DNA of 64,000 bases, from contig OZ242260.1 of NCBI GenBank assembly GCA_965207065.1, forward strand, positions 2,912,001-2,976,000. The letters run 5' to 3'. Shown one piece after another: positions 9,094 to 19,403 of this stretch. Below the pieces are notes generated by a model. The model was not told where the DNA came from. It worked only from the letters and a program-made list of their open reading frames with translations, and did not search any database. Both the position numbers and the translations under genes were made by a program. How positions within the stretch are numbered: position 1 is the first letter of the stretch; each line of letters opens with the position of its first letter. Source of the DNA: a bacterium. GTDB taxonomy: Bacteria > UBA8248.

Positions 9094-10239
9094 ATGAACG
9101 AGACGGGACTTGAACCGGCGGCGCAAGAAACGACGGATGAGGTGAAGCTCAAAATGATAGACGCGGACATTCATCCGCGGATGAACGGCATGTACCAGCT
9201 TCATCCGTATCTTTCCGAGTCGTGGCGCAAGCGCATGGGCGTGGCGCCGCTCAGTTCCGCCAAAGACCCGACCACCGCGCGAAACGTCTTTTCGATACCC
9301 AAACGCTGGTACTACCATCCCCACGGCGCCGAGCGTCCCGACGCCCTGCCGCCAGACGGCGGGAGACCGGGTTCCAGCCTCGACATGCTGCGATCCCACC
9401 ATCTGGATAAATACGGGGTCGACACCGGGGTTCTCATCGCCGGCGATCTGTTCGGCATCGGCGGACTGCCGGACGCCGACATGGCGGCTGCGTTCATCGC
9501 GGCGAACAACGACTGGCTGCTCCACGAATGGTGCGAGCCGGAACCCCGGCTCAAGCTCGCGATTCACGTCGGCCCGCGAGACCCGGGGCTCGCCGTCAAG
9601 GAGATCGAGAGAATCGGCGCGCATCCCGCCGTGGTGCAGGTACAGATTCCGCAGATGGACGTGTTGCTGGGGAACCGCCACTACTACCCCATCTACGAGG
9701 CCGCAGAAGCCATGGGGCTGCCCATCGGGATGCACGGCGCGGGCGAGGGGGCGGGCGTGAACACGCCCATGAACCCCACGGGAATTCCTGCCTATTACAT
9801 CGAGGTTCACACGGGCGCGGTGACGATTGCGCAGTCCCAGGTCATCAGCCTGGTGTGCGAGGGCGTATTCGTGCGCTTCCCGAAACTCAAGGTCGTTTTT
9901 CAGGAGATGGGCTACGCCTGGCTGCCGAGCATCATGTGGCGCTTCGATCAGGAATGGCGCTCACTGCGCGCGGAGGTGCCCTGGCTCGAGCGTCCGCCGA
10001 GTGAATACATCGTCGACCACATCCGGCTGACCACACAGCCCATCGCGGAGCCGCCCACGAACGAGGACCACCGCCAGATTCTCAGGATGGCGAAGGCGGA
10101 AAAGACGCTGCTGTTCGCGTCCGATTATCCGCATTGGGATTTCGACAACCCCCGGCAGGTTTTTCAGGAAGTCTCGGATGAACTGAGGCGCCGCATCTAC
10201 CACGAAAGCGCAGAGGAGCTCTACGGCCACAAGCTTTGA
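9094..10239 (+). CDS. Amidohydrolase_2-fold metalloenzyme (possible dinuclear oxygenase subtype)
   Basis: Motifs IDADIH, PIGMH, YYIEVH, RFPKLKVVFQEMG and FASDYPHWDFD. Confidence 0.85.
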   Translation: MNETGLEPAAQETTDEVKLKMIDADIHPRMNGMYQLHPYLSESWRKRMGVAPLSSAKDPTTARNVFSIPKRWYYHPHGAERPDALPPDGGRPGSSLDMLRSHHLDKYGVDTGVLIAGDLFGIGGLPDADMAAAFIAANNDWLLHEWCEPEPRLKLAIHVGPRDPGLAVKEIERIGAHPAVVQVQIPQMDVLLGNRHYYPIYEAAEAMGLPIGMHGAGEGAGVNTPMNPTGIPAYYIEVHTGAVTIAQSQVISLVCEGVFVRFPKLKVVFQEMGYAWLPSIMWRFDQEWRSLRAEVPWLERPPSEYIVDHIRLTTQPIAEPPTNEDHRQILRMAKAEKTLLFASDYPHWDFDNPRQVFQEVSDELRRRIYHESAEELYGHKL

Positions 10240-10428
10240 GGGGGAGATCGTAATAGGGACTGCTGAAAATCCCGATTTCGTTATTCGGCGAGTGTAACCG
10301 ACAGACGAGAGAGAAAGTATTACTCCCCCCTTGAGGGGTCGGGCTTCCCGAGGGGAAAGCCCGATGAAAAAGCCTCGATTCCGTGATTCGGAGTATGGAG
10401 CCGACCAGAGAGGCGGGTTTGGTTTCTC

Positions 10429-10508
10429 GTAGGGGCGGACCTGTGTGTCTGCCCAATTGCCCGGACGAAAACACGGAAAAATGGGAGAACACACAGGTTC
10501 TCCCCTAC
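10429..10508. repeat. GTAG-type REP inverted pair
   Basis: gtaggggcggacctgtgtgtctgccc ... gggagaacacacaggttctcccctac. Confidence 0.75.
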
Positions 10509-10530
10509 GAAAACCGCAAACCCTCCCCCC

Positions 10531-10666
10531 GTCATTCCGGCGAAAGCCGGAATCCATTTTTACGCCTTTTGCCTTTCTTCAGGGTTCTCGCGCATCGGTG
10601 GGGAAGGAAACGCCGCCGTGAATTCACCCGCATCCGCAAATGGATTCCGGCTTTCGCCGGAATGAC
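10531..10666. repeat. GTCATTCC-type palindromic element (inverted pair)
   Basis: gtcattccggcgaaagccggaatcca (10531-10556) and its exact reverse complement (10641-10666). Confidence 0.85.
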
Positions 10667-10805
10667 GGCCAATAACGGATCACGTGCGGCTACTGGGACA
10701 GGGCGGCCACGGGGGGCCGTCCCTGCGGGTTCGTATTGTTACGTTCGGTTTTTGTAGGGACAGGCCCCTGTGCCTGTCCGAGGTCGCTTGGAATGCCCGC
10801 CGGTA

Positions 10806-11903
10806 TCAAAGATCGAGGCGGAATTTTTGCACCGCCTCCTCGTTCACTTCCACTCCCAGGCCCGGCCCCTCGGGCACCTTGACGACCCCGTCTTTCGCCT
10901 CGAAGCCGGTGACGATGTCCTCATCGTGCCAGGCGGGGGCCTTGCCGGATTCGTTATAGACGATTGAAGGGGTCGAGGCGAAAAGATGCGCGCAGGCGGC
11001 GTCGTTCAGTGCGCTGTGGATCACGCTGCCGCAGATGCCCTCGATGCCGTGGATCTCGATGAGGGCGGCGGCCTTTTTCGCGTGGAGCAGACCGCCCTCG
11101 CGGTTCACCTTCAAATTCACGATGTCGGCGGCGCGCCTGCGGGCGATTTCGGCCAGATAGTCGGGCCGGAACGACTCGTCCGCGCAGATGGGGATGCGCG
11201 TGTTCTTGTTGACGAACTCCAGGCCGTCGAGGTCGTTGCCGGGCACGGGCTGCTCCAGCATGGTGATGCCGTATTCTTCGATGCGCGCGCACATCTGTAT
11301 GGCGAGCTTGGGCGTCCAGCTCATGTTCGCGTCGACGACGATATGGGCCTCATCCCCGGCAGCCTCCCGGGCCGCCGCCACGCGCGCGATGCTCGTCTTC
11401 GTGTCGCGGTTCATCTTCACCTTGAACGACGTGATGCCCAGAGCCATGGATTCCGCCGCGAGCTCGGCGGTTCGCTCGGGTGATTCCAAGGGCAGGATGT
11501 CGAAGGCGGGCATCTCGTCCCTGATTTTTCCGCCCAGGAGATCGTAGACCGGGCATCCCAGCATGCGCCCCAGGAGGTCGTGCACGGCGCAGTCGATTGC
11601 CGCTTTGGGTGAGTAGTGGAAGGGGATGGCCTTTTCCATCTTGTGGACGATGAGTTCCCTGTCGAAGGGGTTGCTATCGGCGACCGCGGGAACGAGGTAT
11701 TCATCGAGAATCTGGTACGCGCTCTTGAGCGTCTCCCCGGTGGGAAACGAGCGCAGCGGCGCCCCGCCCCAGCCGGAAACGCCCTCGCAGGTGATCTTGA
11801 CGACGATGTCTTCTGAATGCGTCGCCATGCGCGTGGCGCTCTTGTAGGGATGGTTGAGCGGGATGGCGACGGGGAAGAGTTCTATTTTCTCGATTTTTCT
11901 CAT
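10806..11903 (-). CDS. Mandelate racemase / muconate lactonizing enzyme family (enolase superfamily, MLE subgroup)
   Basis: Motifs FKVK, VDAN, EQP, ADES and VNLK. Confidence 0.9.
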   Translation of the reverse strand: MRKIEKIELFPVAIPLNHPYKSATRMATHSEDIVVKITCEGVSGWGGAPLRSFPTGETLKSAYQILDEYLVPAVADSNPFDRELIVHKMEKAIPFHYSPKAAIDCAVHDLLGRMLGCPVYDLLGGKIRDEMPAFDILPLESPERTAELAAESMALGITSFKVKMNRDTKTSIARVAAAREAAGDEAHIVVDANMSWTPKLAIQMCARIEEYGITMLEQPVPGNDLDGLEFVNKNTRIPICADESFRPDYLAEIARRRAADIVNLKVNREGGLLHAKKAAALIEIHGIEGICGSVIHSALNDAACAHLFASTPSIVYNESGKAPAWHDEDIVTGFEAKDGVVKVPEGPGLGVEVNEEAVQKFRLDL

Positions 11904-11931
11904 TCGTGCTCTCGGCTCCTGTGGCGGGGAA

Positions 11932-12330
11932 TCAGACGTGCAGCATCACCAGGTCTTTTTCGAGCGTGACCTCATACGTCTCGATGGAGGGGTCTTCTTC
12001 CGCCTCGAGCGTGACCTCATAGGTTTTGACGCGCATTTTGTGGGGATTGAAGACCGAGCGCCCGTTCGTGATGTCGAACTCCCAGCAATGCCAGGGACAC
12101 ACGAGAACCTGCTCGTCCATCACGTAGTCATAGGTATGGGGCCTGGATGACTTCATGGTCCCCTTGACCTTGCCGAGACACAGCGGCGCGCCCTGGTGCG
12201 GACAGGAGTTCCTGACCGCGTAGAGGGAATTCTTGATGTTGAACACGCCGATGGAGCGGCCTTCGACCTCGACTATCTTCCGCTCACCGGGGGGCAAGTC
12301 CGATATTTTGCACACCATGTGTTTCGCCAT
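11932..12330 (-). CDS. Rieske [2Fe-2S] ferredoxin
   Basis: CPHQG...CPWH ligand boxes with an unusually long spacer. Confidence 0.92.
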   Translation of the reverse strand: MAKHMVCKISDLPPGERKIVEVEGRSIGVFNIKNSLYAVRNSCPHQGAPLCLGKVKGTMKSSRPHTYDYVMDEQVLVCPWHCWEFDITNGRSVFNPHKMRVKTYEVTLEAEEDPSIETYEVTLEKDLVMLHV

Positions 12331-12347
12331 GCGCGATTCGCCCCGCT

Positions 12348-13175
12348 TTAGCCTTGCGCCGCCGTGGCCGCCGCCTTTTCCCGCAACATCTCCTCGAGCT
12401 TCGGCATGGCCCGCACCGACGCGTAGCGCGCGTGCTGGCCGCTCTGGGTGGAGAGGCTCCGCTTCGAACCCTTCGGGATGTGGATGATGGAGCCGGGACC
12501 CGCTTGCTGCCGGTCGTCGTCCACCTGGGCGTCGATGACTCCCTTGATGACGTAGACGAATTGCTCGTGCGCGTTCTCGGCCGTCTGATCTTCAAAGCCC
12601 TCGGGAATCTCGCCGTAGCCGAACGCGAGGCGCTCGCCTTCGATCCACACGGTGTGGCGTCCCGAAGATGCGGGCGCGTCCAGGGAGGGGAGTATCGGGT
12701 AATAGGAGTTGTTCAGGCCCTCGACGATGATTTCCGATCTCTCGGCGTCTCTTTCGAATTCTTCAGCGGTGCCTTCCTCGTATCGCTGGTTGATTTCTTC
12801 GACGGTGAGCGCCTTGTCCGGCACCACCTGGTCCCTGTCGAGTCCCACGACCGTCCAGGAGCGGTCCTTCACGTAGAGGTAGTCCATGTCGCCGTCTTCG
12901 GTGGCGCCCATCTGATGCTGCGCGTATGCGGGCACGTGAACGAATGTGCCCGGCGTGACGACCCTTCTGTCCTTTCCGACGAGGGCGTTGATTTTACCGC
13001 TAACGGGGAAAATCATGAGTTCGTTGGGGTGATAGTGTATCTGCGAACCCGTGCCGGCCACCTTGCTGACCTGGCAAAAATACATGTATTCCCCCTCGAT
13101 GATGGAACCCTGACCGGAGGAGAGATGGGGGGTAACGGCTTTTTTCTCTATTTCATCGAAACGATGGAACGGCAT
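12348..13175 (-). CDS. Bicupin protein
   Basis: N-terminal cupin HYHPNE...PAYAQH. The second cupin is degenerate (ENAHEQF...GPGSIIHIP). Confidence 0.85.
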   Translation of the reverse strand: MPFHRFDEIEKKAVTPHLSSGQGSIIEGEYMYFCQVSKVAGTGSQIHYHPNELMIFPVSGKINALVGKDRRVVTPGTFVHVPAYAQHQMGATEDGDMDYLYVKDRSWTVVGLDRDQVVPDKALTVEEINQRYEEGTAEEFERDAERSEIIVEGLNNSYYPILPSLDAPASSGRHTVWIEGERLAFGYGEIPEGFEDQTAENAHEQFVYVIKGVIDAQVDDDRQQAGPGSIIHIPKGSKRSLSTQSGQHARYASVRAMPKLEEMLREKAAATAAQG

Positions 13176-13416
13176 CCGGTAAACTCCTTTTCTGACGAAA
13201 ATATCCCTACATTCGTTTTCGGTGATTCAAGGCAATTCGCCGCCGGGAATCAAAAAAATTATTGTTGTCAGGTTTGTTGAACCCAAGGCGCGAATGTTAC
13301 CCTTTCCCGTCGCGTCTGACAATTTATGTTCGACAATAAATGAGGCGCTCCCCGGCATTTTCCTGGCGGTGGGCGCGATCCTGGATTCTTAACGGCACTT
13401 ATCAAACATACTGGAG

Positions 13417-14424
13417 ATGGATATGGCGGATGAAAAAGTTCGGTTGGCGTCGATTGGTCTGGCCAACTGGGGAACCATGCTTGGGAATGCCGCGAAAAGG
13501 GCGGGGAACGTGGAAATTACCCGGTGTTTTACGAGAACCGAATCGTCGCGCGAGGAATTTGCGGAGAAATTCGGTTGCCGCCCGGCGGCGTCTTTTGAGG
13601 AAGTCCTGAAAGACAGCGAGGTGGAGGGAATCCTCATCGCCACGCCCCATTCCACGCATACGGACCTGATTACGCAGGCCGCATCCGCAGGCAAGCACGT
13701 TTTCGTGGAAAAGCCGCTCACGCTGACGGTGGCCGATGCGGACAAGTGCATCGACGCCACTGAAAAAGCAGGCGTTACGCTACTGGTCGGGCACCACAGA
13801 AGGCGGCAGGGAGCGAACCGCCGGATACGGGCGATGATAGACGAAGGCGCTCTGGGGATGGTTCACGCACTGGAAGCGAATCTCTCCAACCCCAACGGGC
13901 AGAACCCGAGAAGCGGCTGGCGGAACGACCCGGCGGAGTGCCCGGCGGGGGGCATGACGGGGCTGGGCGTCCACATGGTGGACAATCTCCAGTACCTGGC
14001 CGGCCCCGTGAAGCGGGTGAGCGCGTTCAGCAAGCAACTGTTCGCCGCGGGCAATCTCGATGACGTGACGAACATCATCCTCGAATACGAGAGCGGCCCG
14101 CTCGGCTACATCACCACCTGCTACGTCACGCCCAAGCAGTGCACGACCTCGGCCCACGGCACGGAAGGCTCCGCATGGAGCGAGGACGAGGGGGAGCGGC
14201 TCTATCTCCAGAAAAAAGGCGAGAATGAAAGGAGCGAGCTCTCCGTGGACGGCGGCGATGCGCTCGCCGAAGAAATACAGGAGTTCGGCAAGTGCATACG
14301 GGGCGAAGCCACGCCCGAGACGGACGGAAGAGCCGCGCGGGAAGTCGTGGCCGTTCTGGAGTCTATCGTCGAGAGCGCCAAGAGCGGGCGCGTGGTCGAT
14401 GTTTCCGAGATCAGAGGACAATAA
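13417..14424 (+). CDS. Gfo/Idh/MocA family oxidoreductase
   Basis: Motifs IGLANWG, ATPHSTH and GKHVFVEKP. Confidence 0.92.
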   Translation: MDMADEKVRLASIGLANWGTMLGNAAKRAGNVEITRCFTRTESSREEFAEKFGCRPAASFEEVLKDSEVEGILIATPHSTHTDLITQAASAGKHVFVEKPLTLTVADADKCIDATEKAGVTLLVGHHRRRQGANRRIRAMIDEGALGMVHALEANLSNPNGQNPRSGWRNDPAECPAGGMTGLGVHMVDNLQYLAGPVKRVSAFSKQLFAAGNLDDVTNIILEYESGPLGYITTCYVTPKQCTTSAHGTEGSAWSEDEGERLYLQKKGENERSELSVDGGDALAEEIQEFGKCIRGEATPETDGRAAREVVAVLESIVESAKSGRVVDVSEIRGQ

Positions 14425-14426
14425 GG

Positions 14427-15446
14427 GTGAGTCGAGATTCGTGGGAAATCGGGGGCGTGGAAGTGGCCGCAGGCTCCTATGAATACGTGAAAATACCGGT
14501 GGCGCAGATGCTCACCGGCTCAGAAACCGGCCTGCCCTTTCATTGCGTGAGGGGGGAGAAACCCGGCCCCACGCTTTCCGTTCTGGCGTGCGTCCACGGG
14601 GATGAGCCGCAGCCGATTCGCGCGTTTCAGAACGTGCTGGCGCAAATCGACCGCGCGCAATTGAGCGGCGCCCTGTTGGTGGTACCGGTGGCGAACCCGT
14701 TCGCCTTTGCGAATTTCTCGCGGCAATCGCCCGATCAGCACGAGCAGACGAACCTCTGGGGCGCGTTTCCGGGTTCGGCCAAGGGGACGCTGACGCAGCG
14801 CTACGCGCACAAGATTCGCGAACTCCTGATTGAGGGTGCGGATTATCTCGTGGAATGTCATTCCGGCGGTGCGTCGGGGAGAATCCAGAGGCGCGTGGAC
14901 ATGGACCCGGACATCGAAGGCGCGGCAGGTGAAAAATCGCGCGAGATGGCGATTGCATTCGCAAGCGGGGGCGCGGGCCTGGTGCACGGCGTGCCCTTCA
15001 GCAAATCGAGCGCATCGGGTTATGCGCTCGCGCAGGGGATACCGGCCATAAGCGTTGAGATTGGCGGCGCCTATCTGCCCGAGTGCGAGGAGAACCTCTA
15101 CCGGGAGAACCTGGAGGAGGGGTTCTTGAACCTGCTCGTTCACCTCGGGATGCTCCCCGGGGAGGAGAAGAGATTGAGGATCACCTATTTCGGTTTCGCT
15201 AATCGAGCCGAGGCGAATCCCTCGAGCGGCGGATACCTCATCTCGCGGAAAACGCACTTCGCAGACTTGGGCGCCAAAGTGAGCGAAGGGGAGCTTCTGG
15301 GTGAAATGCTGGATCCGTTCTCCCTGGAGGTAGTGGAGGAACTGCGCAGTCCCGCCGACGGGGTGCTCTTTTTCAGCAGGTGCAGCGGGCCGTTCGAGGT
15401 GGGGAACAAGGGGTTCGCCGTCGCCACTGAATACCGGGAAATATGA
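14427..15446 (+). CDS. Succinylglutamate desuccinylase / aspartoacylase family (M14-like) deacylase
   Basis: Motifs VHGDE, VPVANP, ECHSG and VEIGG. The GTG start follows the upstream stop codon directly. Confidence 0.85.
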   Translation: MSRDSWEIGGVEVAAGSYEYVKIPVAQMLTGSETGLPFHCVRGEKPGPTLSVLACVHGDEPQPIRAFQNVLAQIDRAQLSGALLVVPVANPFAFANFSRQSPDQHEQTNLWGAFPGSAKGTLTQRYAHKIRELLIEGADYLVECHSGGASGRIQRRVDMDPDIEGAAGEKSREMAIAFASGGAGLVHGVPFSKSSASGYALAQGIPAISVEIGGAYLPECEENLYRENLEEGFLNLLVHLGMLPGEEKRLRITYFGFANRAEANPSSGGYLISRKTHFADLGAKVSEGELLGEMLDPFSLEVVEELRSPADGVLFFSRCSGPFEVGNKGFAVATEYREI

Positions 15447-15514
15447 CAAACCGCGCATAAGCGCGATTTTATCTATGGGCCTTTGAAGGACAGATTTGGA
15501 GGAAACGCAAGAAA

Positions 15515-15949
15515 ATGCCTTTTTACGAACCCGAAACGATGGAGCAAAGACTGGCGGGGGCGAGCTACAGCACCTCCGAGGGCGTGTGGGTCGATGGCGA
15601 GCGCGTCATTTTCGGCATCATCAACAAGCCAGCGGGCACGGGCAGCAGGCCCCATCGCCATGCGAACGAGCAGTTCATCCTCGTGCAGCAGGGCAGCCTG
15701 AAGGCGATGATCGACGGCGAGCGGAAAACGGTCGGCGCGGGGGGCATCATCCACATACCGGCGAATTCGCTCCACAGCATGGTGGCCACCGATGATGAGG
15801 ACGTCATTTTCATCGTGGCGAAGGATACGGCCTGGCAGATCGAGGGAGTCCCCGAGGATGATTCCTCTTATGGCGCGTACATCGGCGAGGGCGCTGACGA
15901 GAGCGTGGCCGCCCGGTTTCGGGGTATTGCCGAGAAAGGCTCCGAATAA
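15515..15949 (+). CDS. Cupin domain protein
   Basis: HRHANEQ...IPANSLH metal-binding motifs. Confidence 0.85.
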   Translation: MPFYEPETMEQRLAGASYSTSEGVWVDGERVIFGIINKPAGTGSRPHRHANEQFILVQQGSLKAMIDGERKTVGAGGIIHIPANSLHSMVATDDEDVIFIVAKDTAWQIEGVPEDDSSYGAYIGEGADESVAARFRGIAEKGSE

Positions 15950-16017
15950 AGGGGTTGGTGAAAAAGACCTGGTTTCGAGACCGGGCGCATATTACCTACC
16001 GGGGAGAGAGAAGGAAT

Positions 16018-16165
16018 ACTCCCCCCTTGAGGGGGAGTCGAAGAGGCCGAGCGGTTTATGCGAAGGCCGATTCGGTGGGGGGACATGCCACGGATAAAAG
16101 CTCCCCCCACCAACTCGCCTGCGGGCTTCGCCCTTGTCTCGTTGACTCCCCCTCAAGGGGGGAGT
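16018..16165. repeat. CTCCCCCTTGAGGGGGAG-type palindromic element (inverted pair)
   Basis: actccccccttgagggggagtc (16018-16039) and gactccccctcaaggggggagt (16144-16165). Partial copies near 10322 and 53342. Confidence 0.8.
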
Positions 16166-16543
16166 GAATGTTTATCTCGCGAGTGATGGGATGGCCCTCA
16201 GAGGAGTGAAACGTAGCGCTTCTTCTGTGGGGTTTTTCCGCAGCCCCCATAAAGCGGTGATTGACTAAAGTGCAAGAAAACCGATCGCGTCAATCCCCGG
16301 TGAAGGAGGAGTGTCAGGAATTGCGGAATAAGGCGGTTTTCGCGCGCCTGATTCCGCAACACGGAAAACACGTAAATTTTGTCCGAAGATTTTGACTTGA
16401 TATCCTATTTTTGCAAGAATGCCCGAAATTCGGACCTGAGCCGCAATGAACCACACAGAACAGACGGGATAATCCCATGGCTTCGGCTATGGACTCATTG
16501 TATATGAATTATTTTGAAATTCGTATGATTTGGGAGGCTGTTG

Positions 16544-17410
16544 ATGGCGACGGCGAGTGAAGTCAGAAGGGATGAAGTAAAACTACCTGACGAGTACACC
16601 AAGCAGGAAAGAGTCTGGATGTGGCTCAAGGACAACGTCCCGAGCTTCATCGCGGTGCTCGTCATATGGGAGTGCATCGCCTGGTACGTGAATGAACCCG
16701 CGCTGTTCCCGCGCGTATTTCCCATTGTCCACCGCTTCTACGAGGTCACCTTCCTGAAGTCCGGTGAGACCACGTGCGTCTTGTGCGTGCACTCCTACCA
16801 CACCGCCTGGCGGATCATGATAGGAATGCTCATCGCCGGCTTCGTGGGGATAGCCATCGGAATCGCGATGGGCCGCATCGGCTGGTTCGAGAAGTTCATG
16901 ATCCCCATCCTGAGCATGCTCCTGCCCATTCCGGCCCTGGCCTGGAGCCCGATTCTCGTTCTGTGGTTCGGCCTCGGCAACACGACCATGATATTCATCA
17001 CCGCGTTCGCCGCGGCGCTTCCGGCCATATCCTCCACGTGGACGGGGGTGAAGACCATCAACCCCATTTGGATACGGGCGGCGCAGTCGATGAACGCCGA
17101 GGGGATGACCCTGTTCTGGAAGGTCATTTTCCCCGGCTCGCTGCCCTTCATCCTCTCGGGCATCCGCATCGGCCTGGCGCGCGCATGGCGCGCCGGCATC
17201 GCAGGCGAGATGGTGGCCGCGAGCGACTGGGGTTTGGGTTACGCCATCTTCGACAGCCGCGAAGACCTGGATACCGCATTCATGCTGGTGGGAATCGCGG
17301 CCATCGCCCTGGTCGGCTTCGTGATGGAGAAGTTCATTTTCGAGAAATTTGAAAAAGTGACCGTCGTCAAGTGGGGCATGATGGAAGAGGTCGGCGGACA
17401 GCGCCAGTAA
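16544..17410 (+). CDS. ABC transporter permease, NitT/TauT (TauC/SsuC-like)
   Basis: Hydrophobic helices, PIPALAW, an EAA-like loop (RAAQSMNA...FWKVIFPGSLP) and GEM...GLGY. Confidence 0.9.
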   Translation: MATASEVRRDEVKLPDEYTKQERVWMWLKDNVPSFIAVLVIWECIAWYVNEPALFPRVFPIVHRFYEVTFLKSGETTCVLCVHSYHTAWRIMIGMLIAGFVGIAIGIAMGRIGWFEKFMIPILSMLLPIPALAWSPILVLWFGLGNTTMIFITAFAAALPAISSTWTGVKTINPIWIRAAQSMNAEGMTLFWKVIFPGSLPFILSGIRIGLARAWRAGIAGEMVAASDWGLGYAIFDSREDLDTAFMLVGIAAIALVGFVMEKFIFEKFEKVTVVKWGMMEEVGGQRQ

Positions 17411-17435
17411 CCGATAAAACCCAAAGGCAAAAGAT

Positions 17436-17472
17436 AAGGCCGGCTCCCTCGCGGGGGCCGGCCTTTTTGTTT
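17436..17472. terminator. Intrinsic terminator, probably bidirectional
   Basis: aaggccggctccc-tcgc-gggggccggcctt followed by a T-tract, between convergent genes. Confidence 0.8.
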
Positions 17473-17495
17473 GTGATTCTTTTGCGGAGACTGCG

Positions 17496-18248
<753 letters not shown>

Positions 18249-18380
18249 GTTATTCGGTCCTTATGAGATATCTGATAGAACGTGATTTCGTCTTTTTGTT
18301 TTTCGCTATGACCCCGAAAAATAACGCAGATGATCCGCCCCCGTCAATTCCGTCAGGCTCCGCAATTCGATTCGCGGAAA

Positions 18381-19232
18381 TCAGAAAAAAGCATAGATGC
18401 CCTCAAAATTCATCACCACGAGAAGAGCGCCCATGACGAACAGAATGATCGTGACGATACGGAAGAACAGCTGATCCGTGAAAATGTTGTAAATCTTCGT
18501 GCCCACAAAGAATCCGAGCAGCACGGGCGTCGTCAGGATGAGGATGAGCCACAGGGCAGTTTCGCCGATGTAGCCCGCCGCCGCGATGGAGGCGATGGCC
18601 GCGACCCGGAGCACCACCTGGCTCGCGCTCAGAACGAAGAGATAGCGCTCTTTCGAGATTTTCATCCCCGTTAAGTAGGAGGCGATGACGTGGGAGGGGA
18701 TGTTGATGGTCCCCAGCATGAGGCCTGCGACCGCGCCCATGCCAAGCGAACGCTTGAGAGATTCCTCGGGCGCCGGTTTTTCGGACTGCCGCCATTGCCA
18801 GACGATCTGACAGATCAAAAAAGCGCCCAGGATGAATTTCATCAGGCGTGGATCGGTATTCAGGAGAATCGTCAGGCCGACGGCCAGGCCTACCAGGCTC
18901 ATCGAAAAGAAGGGAACGAAGGGCCGCAAGCCCTCGTGGACGGCCGCGCGCGTTCGCCAGGCGTTCATGAGGCTCGTGCACAGGGTGGGGATGGAGATGA
19001 CGGCGATGGCCGTCGGCACGTCCCAGAAAATGGCCACGGTGGGCGTCGTGAGGGTGGCGAAGCCAAATCCGCCCACCGCCTTGAGGCCCGAGCCGACGAA
19101 TGCGGCGCAAAAAACCAGAATATAGACCAGAGGACTCAAAATAACCCCGAGAAAAGAAGTTTTTACGCCAGGCGAGATGAGGCTGAAAGCGACACTCGAA
19201 GACGTGAACGGCTCATCGCGAGAAATCCGCAA
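18381..19232 (-). CDS. TauE/SafE (TSUP) sulfite exporter family membrane protein
   Basis: GGFGFA motif and about 8 hydrophobic helices. The true start is probably downstream of 19232. Confidence 0.8.
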   Translation of the reverse strand: MRISRDEPFTSSSVAFSLISPGVKTSFLGVILSPLVYILVFCAAFVGSGLKAVGGFGFATLTTPTVAIFWDVPTAIAVISIPTLCTSLMNAWRTRAAVHEGLRPFVPFFSMSLVGLAVGLTILLNTDPRLMKFILGAFLICQIVWQWRQSEKPAPEESLKRSLGMGAVAGLMLGTINIPSHVIASYLTGMKISKERYLFVLSASQVVLRVAAIASIAAAGYIGETALWLILILTTPVLLGFFVGTKIYNIFTDQLFFRIVTIILFVMGALLVVMNFEGIYAFF

Positions 19233-19403
19233 ACATGGCGCTGAACCTTGACGCCGCTGCGATTATATCGGCATTATAACCGCCAACCTTGAGTACGGGA
19301 AATCTCATAGGCTCGTTTCATCAGCATGTGTCGAATGCCCCTTCGACTTTTGAATGGAGCCGTCAACCACGGCTTCGGCGCGCCGGATTTGAGGGTTTTT
19401 TGA

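Noticed and set aside
8545-9810. Long antisense or alternative-frame ORFs (e.g. 8545..9810-, 30821..32047+, 41553..42716+, 48343..49509-, 53999..55120+, 58707..59807-)
   Set aside because: They are shadows of well-supported genes in high-GC DNA and have no recognisable motifs.
9961-10757. ORFs containing WIPAFAGMT / MDSGFRRND-type peptides
   Set aside because: These are translations of the palindromic repeat elements, a known source of spurious ORFs.
10240-10805. CRISPR array
   Set aside because: The repeats are inverted palindromic pairs of different families, not direct repeats with regular unique spacers. No cas genes are present.
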